Source: Lama glama (taxonomy: Eukaryota). Taken from it: a DNA stretch of 64,000 nucleotides. The notes beneath the pieces are model-generated. The model searched no databases, was not told the origin of the DNA, and saw nothing but the letters and a program-made list of their open reading frames with translations. A program made the position numbers and the translations under genes. Below, piece after piece: positions 25,215-37,464 of this stretch (position 1 is the first letter of the stretch; each line of letters begins with the position of its first letter). The stretch is taken from NCBI GenBank assembly GCA_028534125.1, contig JAPYYK010000155.1, forward strand, positions 372,001 through 436,000, in the 5' to 3' direction.

Positions 25215-27595
25215 TGCAAATCTTATATAAAGAAAGTCCTAAGGAGTATACTAAAAACTGTTAACTAATAAACAAGTTCAGCAAAGTTGCAGGATACAAG
25301 ATCAATACACAAAAGTCAATTTCANNNNNNNNNNNNNNNNNNNNNNNNNNNNNNNNNNNNNNNNNNNNNNNNNNNNNNNNNNNNNNNNNNNNNNNNNNNN
25401 NNNNNNNNNNNNNNNNNNNNNNNNNNNNNNNNNNNNNNNNNNNNNNNNNNNNNNNNNNNNNNNNNNNNNNNNNNNNNNNNNNNNNNNNNNNNNNNNNNNN
25501 NNNNNNNNNNNNNNNNNNNNNNNNNNNNNNNNNNNNATTGTTAAGTTGACAGTACTCCCAAAGTTGATGTTCAGACTCAGTGCAACCCTTACTGGAATCC
25601 CAGCTGGCTTCTTTGTACAAATTGATGAGCTGATTTTAGAATTAAAAAATTGCAGGGGACCCAGAATAACCAAAACAATCTTGAAAAACAAGAACAAATT
25701 GGTGGCTTTCAAATTCCAAAACTTTCCCATTTCAAAACATACTACAAAATGAGAATAATCAAAACAGTGTGTTACTGGCTTAGTGATAGCCATACAGGTC
25801 AATGGAATAGAAATGAGAGTGCAAACTGAAGCCCATGTGTCCATGGTCAACTGATTTTAACAACAGTGTTAAGACCATTGGAGAAAGAATAGTCTTTTCA
25901 ATAGATGATGTTGAGATGACTGAATCATTTCATATGAAAGAATGAAATTGAACCCTTTCCTCATATCTATTTAAAAAATTAACTCAAAGTGGTTCAGAGA
26001 CCTAAATGTAAGATATATGTAAATGTTAATCTACAAAACTCTTAGAAGGAAATTAAGGAATAAATCTGCATGACCTTGGATTTAGCAATGAATTCTTATG
26101 ATACCAAAAGCATGAGAAACGAAAGAAAAAATAAATTGGTCTTCATCAAAATTAAAATTTTCTATAATTCAAAGGATACTATCAAGAGAGTGAAAAGACA
26201 CCTGCAGAATTGGAGAAAAGATTTTCCATTCATATATCTGATTAGAGACTTATATCCAGAGTATATAAAGAACTCTCACAACTCAACAATAAAAAAAAAA
26301 TTTTAATGGACAAAGGATCTAATTAGACACATTTGCAAAGAAGATATATAAATAGACAATGAACGCATGAAAAGATTCCTGACATCATTAGTCATCAGAG
26401 AAATGTGGATCAGAATCACAAGATAACACCCTAGGATGTATCTCATACCCTCCAGGATGGCTGTTTGAAAAAGACAGATGATAGGAAGTGTTGGCAAGGG
26501 TGTGAAGAAATTGGGACCCTCTTAGACTGCCAGTGGGAATATAAAATGGTGCTAGTACTTTGGAAAGCAATCTGGCAATTTCTCAAATGGTCACACATAG
26601 AATTACCGCATGTCCCAGCAATTCCATTCCTAGGTATATATCAATGTAAGTGAACATATCTAGCTACAAACACACTCATCGTAAATGTTTGCATTATTAT
26701 TTATGACAGCCCAAATGTGGAAACAACCTAAATATCTGTTAACTGACCAGTGAATAAACAACACGTGGCATGTCTTATACAATTGAATATTATTTGGCCA
26801 TAGAAAGAATGAAGTACTGATACCCGCTTCCATGTGGATGAGCCATGAAACCATCAAGCTAAGTTAAAGGAGCCAGTCACAGGAAGCCACATACTATGTC
26901 ATTCTATTTCGGAGAAATGTTCAGATAGGCAAATCCATAGAAACAGTAAATGAGTGATTTCTCAGGGCTTGGAGGGGGATTGGTAGCTAAGAGGGCGACA
27001 GCCAGCGGATATGGGATTCCTTTTTGAGATGATGAAAATGTTGAAAGACAGACTGTGGTGATGGTTTCACATATCTCTGAATATACAGGCATACCTCAGA
27101 GATACTGTGGGTTCAGTTCCAGAACACCACATTAAAGCAAATACCAAAGAAAAGGGAGCCACATGAATTTTTAGGTTTCTGGGTGCATATTAAAGGTGTG
27201 TTTACCCTCTATTGTGCACTACCTTTGAGTCAAAAAGAACNNNNNNNNNNNNNNNNNNNNNNNNNNNNNNNNNNNNNNNNNNNNNNNNNNNNNNNNNNNN
27301 NNNNNNNNNNNNNNNNNNNNNNNNNNNNNNNNNNNNNNNNNNNNNNNNNNNNNNNNNNNNNNNNNNNNNNNNNNNNNNNNNNNNNNNNNNNNNNNNNNNN
27401 NNNNNNNNNNNNNNNNNNNNNNNNNNNNNNNNNCTGCCACAAACCTCCAGTTTGTAAGAAAAAAAAAAACCTGTGAAACACTGTAAAGCCAAGCACAATA
27501 AAATGTATGCCTACACTGAAAACCACGGAAGGGCGCACTTTAGGAAGGTGAATTGTATGGCATGTGAATTATATTTCAATAAAGCTGTTACAAAA
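25215..27595 (+). mobile_element. L1MB-class LINE-1 3' region, interrupted by a Tigger1 MITE
   Basis: ORF2 remnants (aagttcagcaaagttgcaggatacaagatcaatac...), and a 3'UTR ending gtgaattatatttcaataaagctgtt. Confidence 0.9.
27086..27513 (+). mobile_element. Tigger1-derived non-autonomous DNA transposon (Tigger1a-like MITE), centre in N gap
   Basis: 5' TIR CAGGCATACCTC after TA (27084-27085); 3' end cacaataaaat-GTATGCCTa; internal gccacaaacct..tttgtaa typical of Tigger1. Confidence 0.88.
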
Positions 27596-27770
27596 GTAAT
27601 ACGAAACAGCAGTGGGATGCTCCAGTTGTCCTCGTCCACAGGCTCCTGGCTTATTCCAGGGAGAAGCCCCACCCGAATATGTGGGTCGTAAATAGGCAAA
27701 GAGTAATTTTCCTGGGTGGATGAATAAACGTCAGATGGTAAAAAGAGAGAAAGTTTATTACACACATCCT

Positions 27771-27778
27771 TGACGTCA
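27771..27778. promoter_or_regulatory. Palindromic CRE motif TGACGTCA (function unproven)
   Basis: Exact motif, with a half-site CGTCA at 27729-27733. Confidence 0.3.
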
Positions 27779-27894
27779 CTGGGAGATCTGGCCATTACAA
27801 AGAGAAGGTTCCATCAGAGTCTCAGGTGGGAGGAGGGAGGGGAAGGGATTCCAACTCATGGTTATGGGGCCTCGTGACCGGCACCAACACAGTC

Positions 27895-28355
27895 ATTAAA
27901 AGACAGCTACAAGAATGTTCACAGCAATCCTGCTTATAATAAACCCAATGTCCATCAATATTTGAACAGATACATTGGGATATATTCAAAATGGAACACC
28001 ACACGCAGCAAGACTGGACGAACTACCAAGGCTCACTGGGTGAGTGAATCTGACAAGCATGATGTTGAATCAAGAGAGTCATTTACGAAGATGCAAACTA
28101 TACGATTCCTTTTAAATCAAGTTCAGTGATAGGCTCAATCAATCTGTGTTGTAAGAAGACAGATTAGTGTTTATCCTTGGAGGAGGGGCTGCGAGTAGAA
28201 GCCAAGGCAGGGCCCCTGGGAGGCTGACAATGCTCTGCTTCTTGATCAGGCTGCTGTTTCCATGGGTGTGTTCACTCTGTGAAAATTCATTGAGCGTACT
28301 CTTACTATTTATGCATCTTTCTATATGTTAACCTCTGTTAAAAGTGAATAAAAAG
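27895..28355 (+). mobile_element. L1ME-like 3' end
   Basis: caagaatgttcacagca..aatgtccatcaata..tgtgttcactctgtgaaaattcattgagc. Confidence 0.7.
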
Positions 28356-29909
28356 CTAAAGAGCGTTGTTTGTTTCCTGTGGAGTTTGGCAGAAAATCCT
28401 GCGTACCCTTCATGTAGGGGTAGAGCTATTTTTGGCCAAGGCTGGCATGGAGGAATAATCACTTAGAGGAATCAGTTATGGGGCATTTCCCGAATGTGGA
28501 AAGAATAGACTCCTTCCAGCTCAGACATTTCATGTTTGTTGTCTTGGAACCAAACTGTCCAGCAGCTCCTCCTAACACCAGGTGAATAGCGGTGGTGCCC
28601 ATTTCCTGCCACATTGGTCAGGTCCTGACATCCACCCTCCCTGATCTGCATAGAGACAAAAGGCATAAGCAAGTGCCAGTGGAGTCAGAAAGAGTGTATT
28701 TCTCCGCAGTGTGCTTGTGTCCAAATCTTTCACTAACTCTCAAGATACTGTGATTGGGGGAAGGGATCTTTCTTACTGAGTTCTGTGAAAAATTTTAAAA
28801 TTCTGTGCTTTGATAAGGAAGAAAAAGAATTCTTCCAATTATAAAGACAAAACTTCTATTCTGTATTGAAAAGTTATTTTCCATGGAATAATGTCTTATT
28901 TTCTTAAGTCAGCTTTTTGCAAATTGGGGTTCATGCGTGGATTATCAAAACAATCTTCTTCATAAATGTACTTGGGCATGTTTTGATTTGTTTGATGTGT
29001 ACAGGAAGCTTTGGAGGAGGCGAGTGATACATTCCTTTCTTTCATTTGCTGCAATTTTTCCTTGAAGTCGAGTGATTTTTAGCTGGTGTTAACAAGAGAA
29101 GTGCCTTTTATAGTGTTGTTGCCCAACTACCATATTCTCCTAAGCATGCAGAAAGTTAGCATGACCTAACTTTTTCAAAGGAAGCAGAATGCTCTTGTCT
29201 TAAATGTATTCATCATTTTGGGGGAGGAAAAGCCATAATGAGTCCCTTCTTTCTATTTTTTCTTAACTGAGCAGCAGCAACTGATACTTAAGCTATTATC
29301 TAGACACAAAAAATTCCATGCTAATGTGAAAAAAAAATTGCCTGCCAAAACTCCTGTCTACTGGGCAGTAATATAGCCAAGTTAAAAGCCCTTTTGTGAT
29401 AGAGACTATGACAAGAAAAGAGACGCACCCCCTAACCAAAGTGGACTTTCCAAGAGCTTCTAGAATAAAGGCACTCTCACTAAGGTTTCTCACACTGGTT
29501 TTTGTTGGCAGCCCCTCTCAGGAATCATTTCCTCCCTGGGGGAAATAAAGTGATAAAATCGTTCATGACTGGTACAAATGGTGAAGTGAGAATTTAAGTT
29601 GAGAAAGGCAGTTAAAATAATATGTGAACTTTTGAACTTCCTGATCAGAGAATTTATTCTTGAAAGTCTGTACAAGATGGGAAAAGAGAATTAATGCCAC
29701 TTAAAGTGTTGAATTTTAGAGGAATACTATCATTAAATATAGTAGTTCTCCTGTAATTTTTTGATGGTTGAGTACAAGAATGACGAGAATTTGCTGAAGC
29801 CACTTGTAATTGATAAGATGAAGTATAAACAGAAAGTTCTCCTAAATAGTAAGGCATATGTGTTTGGAACTTGAACTTGTCTCTTGTTGCTTAGAAGTGT
29901 GTGTGATTA

Positions 29910-31570
29910 ATGCAGGACAGCTATCTGTATCTCCACCCCCAGGTCTCTCTCCTAAACTGCAAATCTGCATCTCCAACTACGTACTACCCACATTCCCTTA
30001 AATGCCCCACAGGTACCCTAATTCAGCATGTTCTAAAGAAAACTCATCATCTCAGCCTTCTCCTTCCTTTACTAGTGTTTTGCTATTTCTATTTCCTGTT
30101 AATCACTGTTAAGCCAGTTTCCAAAATCGTATGTCTAGGTATCATCCTTGGATTCTGCCATCTCAGATGCTACACACACCAGTCAGTCACCCGTCACACT
30201 TTCTGCATCCCCACTCGTGCCATCTAGAAGAGACCGCCATCATTCCTCCACTGACTCCTTCAACATGACTCTAGAATTCCTGTGTCCTTCCATCCTTTCG
30301 CCCCTTTTAATCCATTACCACCAGAGTGATCTTCCTAAAACTCAACTCTCTGGTCATCTCTGCACCAACTTGTTGGGTTTCTGTTCTTAGGATAAAATCC
30401 TTAACATGGCTTTTAGGATTTAGTTATGACCTTGACCCTGCTTACTACCCTAGCCCTCTGTGAGTTACTCTTGTCTCTGAACATGCCCAACTATCTTTGG
30501 TGTCAGCAAGGGACAGGAAGGACGACAGAGGCAGCGAGCGGGCTGTCAGATTTGCTAGTAGCCCAGGCCAACTCATAGAAGCCACTAAGTCTAAGATGAG
30601 GCCTTTCTGACGGGTGATGGTGACAAGACATTTCACTGATTTTCACTACCTGCAACTACACTGGCGAGAGAAAGTCCTTCTCTGCAGTTTCTTACATCAC
30701 CAGGCTCTGGGCAGCCCCTTCCGTTGGCCACCCAAGTGCTTCCCCATGTGATCTCACTCTTTGTCCTGAACGCAAAGTCCTCCAACTCGCCCTGAGGTTC
30801 CACTCCACGTTACCCTAGTCTTGGTCACTGTGTGCTTCATTTATATGAGGTTTTGCTCCTTGTTAAGCATGGGGAGGGATGTTTGAGCTCAGGCTTCAAC
30901 TGCTTCACTTAGTGGACTCCAGATGAGTGGATATCCTTGGTTCACCTTAGTTTTAGTCCCAAGATAGTCCCAGTCCTCTCCTTTATATTTTGTTATTCTT
31001 TTCATATATCCGATTACCCAGGAATACTAAAACCATTAATTTAGTGCATTATATTTCTACTACGGCAACACATGAGCTATTTCCAACATGCAAGACGGCC
31101 TGCAGAGCCTAGGGGGCGATATTTCCCCATGCGTGATTAGCCTAAAACCCGCTTTTAATGCACTGGACTTCCTTTCTGATGATACTACTTATTACCTCTC
31201 ACCATTTCCCCTTCTCACCGAAGGCTCCAAGCAGATGAAATTTCTCTCAGGTTCTTATTTTTGCCATGCTGTCTTTCTTCTCAAGACTTTTACACAACAA
31301 ATTGCCTCCAGACTTCCGGGATCATACCTCTCCTCTTTGCTTGGCTACTTCATAATCTCTGCTTAGCCATCCCTCCCTCCCTCCAGAACATCTGGGTTAG
31401 AGCACTTCCTGTGTGCTCCGTGGCCCCTGAACACGCTCTGTTGGGGAGTTTGGAATGTCTGTAATCTTCATGACAGCAGGATGCCAGTCTTCCTTATTCA
31501 CCTTGCATCTGCAAAGCCTGCTGCATACCTGGCTCAGAGGTACTTCATGATCATTCCTTAATGAATGAAT
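29910..31570 (+). mobile_element. Fragmented L2 (two pieces, ~29910-30450 and ~31130-31570)
   Basis: L2 body motifs (ccagagtgatcttcctaaaac; aggataaaatccttaacatggc) and tail aatgaatgaat. Confidence 0.55.
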
Positions 31571-31959
31571 TCACTCTATGAATCATTTAATCAGTGAATC
31601 AGTGAATTTACAATTCTACAGACAGCTTTGATTCTCTAAGAAATTGACATTTTATTTTCTGAAATTATATGTTTCACGTCTTAAAGAATCTGATTTAACC
31701 CTACTTTAAATCATCATGACTGTTTATTAAAACCAGACTCCTGTACAGTAAAATGCATGAGGCATCTAATAATGTGTTTAGAAACCCATTTCAGGCCTCT
31801 CTCAGCATTTTCCATTTTATATGAAATTACTGAAATTTGTGTCTCTGTAACCTGTAAGACATGACGTGCCTCAAGGGCAGTGACCATGTCAAATGCATCT
31901 TTACATCCCCACAACCCCACATCTATGCAGTGTCCGCAGTCAGTAAGTGTATAAATGCT

Positions 31960-32170
31960 TCAGGGAGCCCAGACGTCAAATCCTGGCTTAACTGCTTTCT
32001 ACCTCTGACACCTACCTCTGTACCTCAGCTCTCAAAGCCTCAGTATCTTCATGTATAAAGTGGGAATTCAATTCAAGTAAAAGATCACCTTGCAGGCTTC
32101 TTGTGAAATATTACATAAAATAGAGTGTAAATAAGTACCTGGGACATATAGAAATCATGAATCAACTAGA
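31960..32170. mobile_element. MIR SINE fragment
   Basis: aaatcctggct..aagcctcagtatcttcatgtataaagtggga. Confidence 0.55.
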
Positions 32171-35100
32171 TTGAAGGATAAATCTAAGCTTCTTCATGAG
32201 GAATTCTGGTATGTCAGAATGTTAATTTTGTACTGTCATCAGCTGGCAAGACCTGATTTCAGATGTAGCAAAATCTGCAAAAGAAACCAAAGAGGCAACC
32301 TTCCCAATGTTTATATTAAGGATATTTGTCTGAAATAGAAAACAAAGTGAGAAATTGGGATACAAATAAAATATACTAGAGGAGAATTTATAGAGCGTTC
32401 ACATGTATCAGGTGCATAATTTGTCTTACAAACATACTTTTCAAAAAGGAAAATGAATTGGACAAACAATATTCTCAATATTCTTGAAAATGAGATGTCT
32501 GCTTGGAGACAGCTTTAAAAAAACAGACAAGAGGATCATAGCAAGACTTGCTCTTCACTAACTAAAATTCCATATTGTTGTCTACAGTGTGTTCCTGTTT
32601 TTATCACTTTGATACTTATTCCTCCTCTTTGAATGAACAAAACATCAGCAAGGAAAAAGTTTCTGTAGTTATAACATGTTTAGGAAAGTCAAGATGTTAA
32701 ACATTCATGATATAGGACTGGGAACCAACTTTAGAGGAGAAAGAACTTTACCCTTAAACCCAAAGCCTCAAATTTCTTGGCATTAACACACTTCCATTTG
32801 CTAAGACTGAAGCATTTTCCTGGCTTATTTGCTCCTGTATTCCTTTATTCATCTTACATTTCTTTCTCTGTATTGGTTTGTCTGATGATTTTCATATCAT
32901 TTACTGTTATTTTAGAGGGAATTTGGCTTTTTTCAATTGTTGCCTATTCCTCTGTAATTATTGTAATTGCATCTTATCATATAATTTGTGTAAATATGTG
33001 CAATCATGGAATTAGAACATGCGGGTGGTGATATGCAATGTCAAGATTGCAGTTGAAGATGGATAATTTTTTTTAATCTTTTGGAGGGAAAAAAGCTAAG
33101 TAAATATAGTAATTTCAGGGGAGAACATTTTAGTTGCTTAAATTGATTGCCCAGAGAAGTCAACCAAACATTTTTATTTAGTCGTAGATAAAAGGTTTGG
33201 GTTTTGCCTATATTATAATGAAGAGATTTGGATTTACTAGTTTTAAGTAACTAATTTGATACCAGATGAAACACTTATAAAGAAAGTTTCAGTATTACCT
33301 TTAAAACATAAAACACTAAGGGTCAGATATTTCAGAAGATAACCTTTCCCATAGGTTGTAGTCATTGTGAATTTGAAGACGCATTTATTAGCACCTTGGA
33401 CTGCATTTGTTTGCTCAACACTGACAACTATATCTGTAAAATTAAAGTTTTTATGGGGGTGTAGATAAAAATGCAGACAGTGGTGATTTATATGCCTTTC
33501 AGAATCCCTGTGACTAAAATTTGTTCCTCTGATTACTCATTAGGTAAATAGTATATTTAAATAAGTAGTCAAGACCAAAAAACACAAAAGCATGATTCAA
33601 ATTCAGCACCCAGTGGAATCCTAGATGATTAAAACTAGGCTTTAATAAAGCTACCCCCATTAGCTCTCGGATTCCCTGTGCACCGAGAAAGCACAGACTA
33701 CTGAGCTGTGTTCATCTTTAATTAAAGACCTGCACTTGCTGGGAGAAGAGGAGAGCCAGGAAAGTAAGCACACTCACTCGGAAGACTGGCGGCTGGCATA
33801 GATCTTTGTTAAGATTTTTAACACGTTTCTAAAAATTCCTTGGTGATAATAATAATCATTTCGTGTATCTGAGAATTTAGAACGTGAAGAGAAAACATAT
33901 TTTCTACCAAAATTAAGGCAAGATTGATCTAATTATCTGCATTAAAAAAATTCCCTGAAGCATTCATGTAGAATATATTTCCAATTGATTGGCTGCATTT
34001 ATAGTTTTAGGAGGAAAGTATCTTTTGGTTTTGGACCGAGAAGAGATTCCAGATTTTGGCTGGAGACAAAATTGTCTCTATCTGTGCTCTAAGTGTGTCT
34101 GAGACACCGGTTGCAGGGGGAGGCTGGGACAGATGACACGTGGAGGAGAGGGGAGAGTCAGCCACCTCGCATGGCTATGCTGCTTTGTCCCTCACAACCC
34201 ATCCTTCGTTCTGCACCTTAAGAAGAGTCCTACGTTGCCAGAGAGGCTCTCGATCTTGTTTTCTCTTTTGTCCCTTTCAAAAGGAAAAAACCCAACTCTT
34301 TATGCCCTATTCAAATGTCGTATATTGATCTTAGGGACTGGAACTAAACACTTCATTATCCAGAAATTTTCTTTTCCAATTCAATCTTGGTCTAAATTTT
34401 ATTTTTCAGTGAATGGAAGAAATAAAGTTTCTCTAAACATCAAGATTTTGGTATCCACTAGAAAATGAATGAAATTATTAGCGGATAGGATTTTAAAGCA
34501 TCTTCACTGCTCAGTAAGGAGAAACCACAAGGCTTGAATAATTTTACTGGGTTTCTCTTTCAATGCTCTGGTTAAACTCTAGCTGGTATGTCATTGGCTC
34601 TGTAAAAAACAGGATGGTGTTTGTCAGTACAAAATTTTAGGCTTTTTCTCACCTTTTAAGTATTCTTGCAATTAGGATATACCTTAATGTTACCTGGGCT
34701 ATGGCTTCATATTCCAAACAGTGAGTTTTCCCTTATGTTTGGTTAAATGAGCATGTTAGCCTATGTTCCATCAAGCTTTTTGCCACCAAAAAATTTAGTA
34801 TAGGTATTAACAAAGTACCTTGATAAATAATTATAATAAACAAACTAAATGAAAACATCTTAAGTAGAATGGCTGCTCTTCTCCAGAATTAACTAATTGC
34901 TCCTAGATTAATTATGTGATGTCCCCAAGAACCCCTTTAGGATGAGCAGAAAGTCCGGTGGGCAAGGCTCTGAGCCTTACTTCCTTCAAACATATAAGTT
35001 CTGATTTGGAAAAGGAAGTTTCAAATTCATTATTCAACCTTGCCTAGCACTGAGATCTGAAGCACGTGCCTTACCATTGCTTTCTACACATATATACATA

Positions 35101-35395
35101 AAAACAAAGAGGTTCTTATTTCTTCAATTTATAAGGAATGTTAGTGGTATAAATAATCAGCACAAAATAAAGCTAAAAGGACCAAAAAAGCATAGAGTAA
35201 AATTTGTGATAGACAATAACTGACTTGCTGCTAACATTGAACATTGCTAAAAATCAAGCTAGGAAAAATATAGGCTAAATATTGACATCAGGGTCAAAAT
35301 GTCCTGTGTTTGTTTATGATTTATTATTGAGCTAGGATCACTGGCAAATACGTACAGCGTGATTCAATTATTTGGAAAAATTAAACTGCCACCCT

Positions 35396-35405
35396 GCACA
35401 CACAG

Positions 35406-35439
<34 letters not shown>
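35396..35439. repeat. (CA)n microsatellite
   Basis: Direct reading. Confidence 0.9.
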
Positions 35440-35440
<1 letters not shown>

Positions 35441-36751
35441 TACATTCCTATTACCTTCTGTTAATGGAGTTATAAATAATTTGAATCCTTGGTTTCTTAT
35501 TTTTAATAGATAATCTTTTATCCAAGTAACATATTAAAAGTAATTTTTTTAAAAAGAAATTCAATGACTTGGATAGAAATTACCTTCTCTCTAATAGACA
35601 GAGAGACAGACAAGAGCCAAATGGATGGTGTGCCTGAAATCTTCCCTGGCTTCTAACACCATTTGAAAGCCAAGAGTTCTCAATTACTTAAAAAAAAAAA
35701 GAAACTTTATACCTTTCTTCATTATCATCTTGGCAAACTCACCTTCAATTTACCCTAAAATAACTTTGTAATCGAGATGCTTAAGCTAGAGTGAGAATGA
35801 GAATGGCAGTGTTAAAGAATGAATTTTTAAGCATCGTGCAAGAAATAATAGAAAAGTGCTATAACCAGTTTCACTGAGGACTGCTAATAGAAATCAGAGA
35901 AAACACCATAAATACGGCAATAAATAAGGTGGAAAGCTGTGCTGAAGCTTGAAGATGGAAATATTTGTGGAAAAATAAGGCAGTGAGAAATAATGTCCTA
36001 GATCATGTTTTGACATGCTGTATTCATCTTTCTGGTGATGACTATATTTCACATGCAAATCGGGGCAGGGATGTGGGAGAAGGAATGTGTATGCAGTTCA
36101 TGTCCAGGAAAGGAGTCAAGTAGCTTAGAATAGCTTTTCTAGTCAGCTCTATATATCTGGCCTTTCGAAGTACGAGTGAATTTTTTAATCTTGCCTTCTA
36201 CAAAGAGATAACAAAACTTAGAAATTTAAAAGTTTCAGCTGCTGTAAATTCAGTGACTTTCTGTGAATCAATCTCGTTATTCTTTGACATCTTAAAGGAA
36301 AACAGCCATATGACTGATAATCTTTGGTGAATTTCAGACTCATGTGACATAGAAACTGTGAAGAAATTGAAACTAAAAGTACTGATATTTAGACTTTTTT
36401 TAAAAAAAATCTGACAGTTCAGATATAATGTCTATCATAGAATAGTCAACTTACATCCTTTTACTAAAAATGGCCAGAACTGCAAACTAACAGAAATCTG
36501 GAAATTTAAATTGTGGTTTACTCTGAGTGCTTCATAGACCCTCTACCCACAGCTCATTTCTGACAACTTTCTTCTGTATAGTTAGCAAGCTTCGTACCCA
36601 CACTACCTCACTGTGCCGGTCAAGATGATTGGATCAGGGAACAGCGGTCCACCCAGAGTCAGCCTATGGGCTTATCTTACAAAATAGATGTGGCCAATCA
36701 GGCAATTTGTACTGGAGAATGACTGGCCAACCAATCTGATACTCTCTTGAA

Positions 36752-36833
36752 GTGTGTGTGTATGTATATATATATATATTTATATGTGCGTGTGTGTGTG
36801 TATATATATATACACACACACACGCACATATAA
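36752..36833. repeat. (TG)/(TA)/(CA) compound microsatellite containing a perfect 54-bp palindrome (36780-36833)
   Basis: Base-by-base pairing checked around the centre 36806/36807. Confidence 0.92.
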
Positions 36834-37464
36834 TGATAGAATGACGCCAAAGCCCACAGACACACAGATATCAGGCAGACAGTAAGCAGAAGCCACAACA
36901 AAACAGAAGACATAAGGCAAAAAGAAGAATGCCAAGTGAGACTTGGGCAGGGCTGTAGAAACTATCATTTAGGGAGAGACTGGTGTCAGGAGAAGCAGAA
37001 GCCAACGAGCAGAATCAGAAGTAAACTGAGACACGGTTAGGGCGAGGTCACAAGAAGAGGGAGGAGCCAGAGTGAATGGTAAATCGAGTGCTGGAGGCAG
37101 AGAATGCAGACTACATGCTTGAGAACTTTGATGGTGAGGGGAAGCAATAGTTTAGTTGGAATTGTACCTGGGGGACTTTTTTAGGGTGTGATAGAGGCAG
37201 GAACAAACATACGGGCTGAGAAGAAGCTTAAAGATGAAAGAGAAAGCTAAGTTACTGAGCAGGCATGACTCCAGAGGAGAAAACTGAGCCGAAACTGGGA
37301 GTGGGTGCTTAGCCTTTGAAAGGAGGACGGACAAGCCTTCCTCTAACACAAGGAATGAAGAAAAGATGGGGGAAGGAACACCAAGAATGAGAAAGACAAT
37401 GAGATAGAAAAAAAGTTCTTCTTTTCCTGTCTTGGAGACATGATTTTCAGTATAAAGAAGAGTG

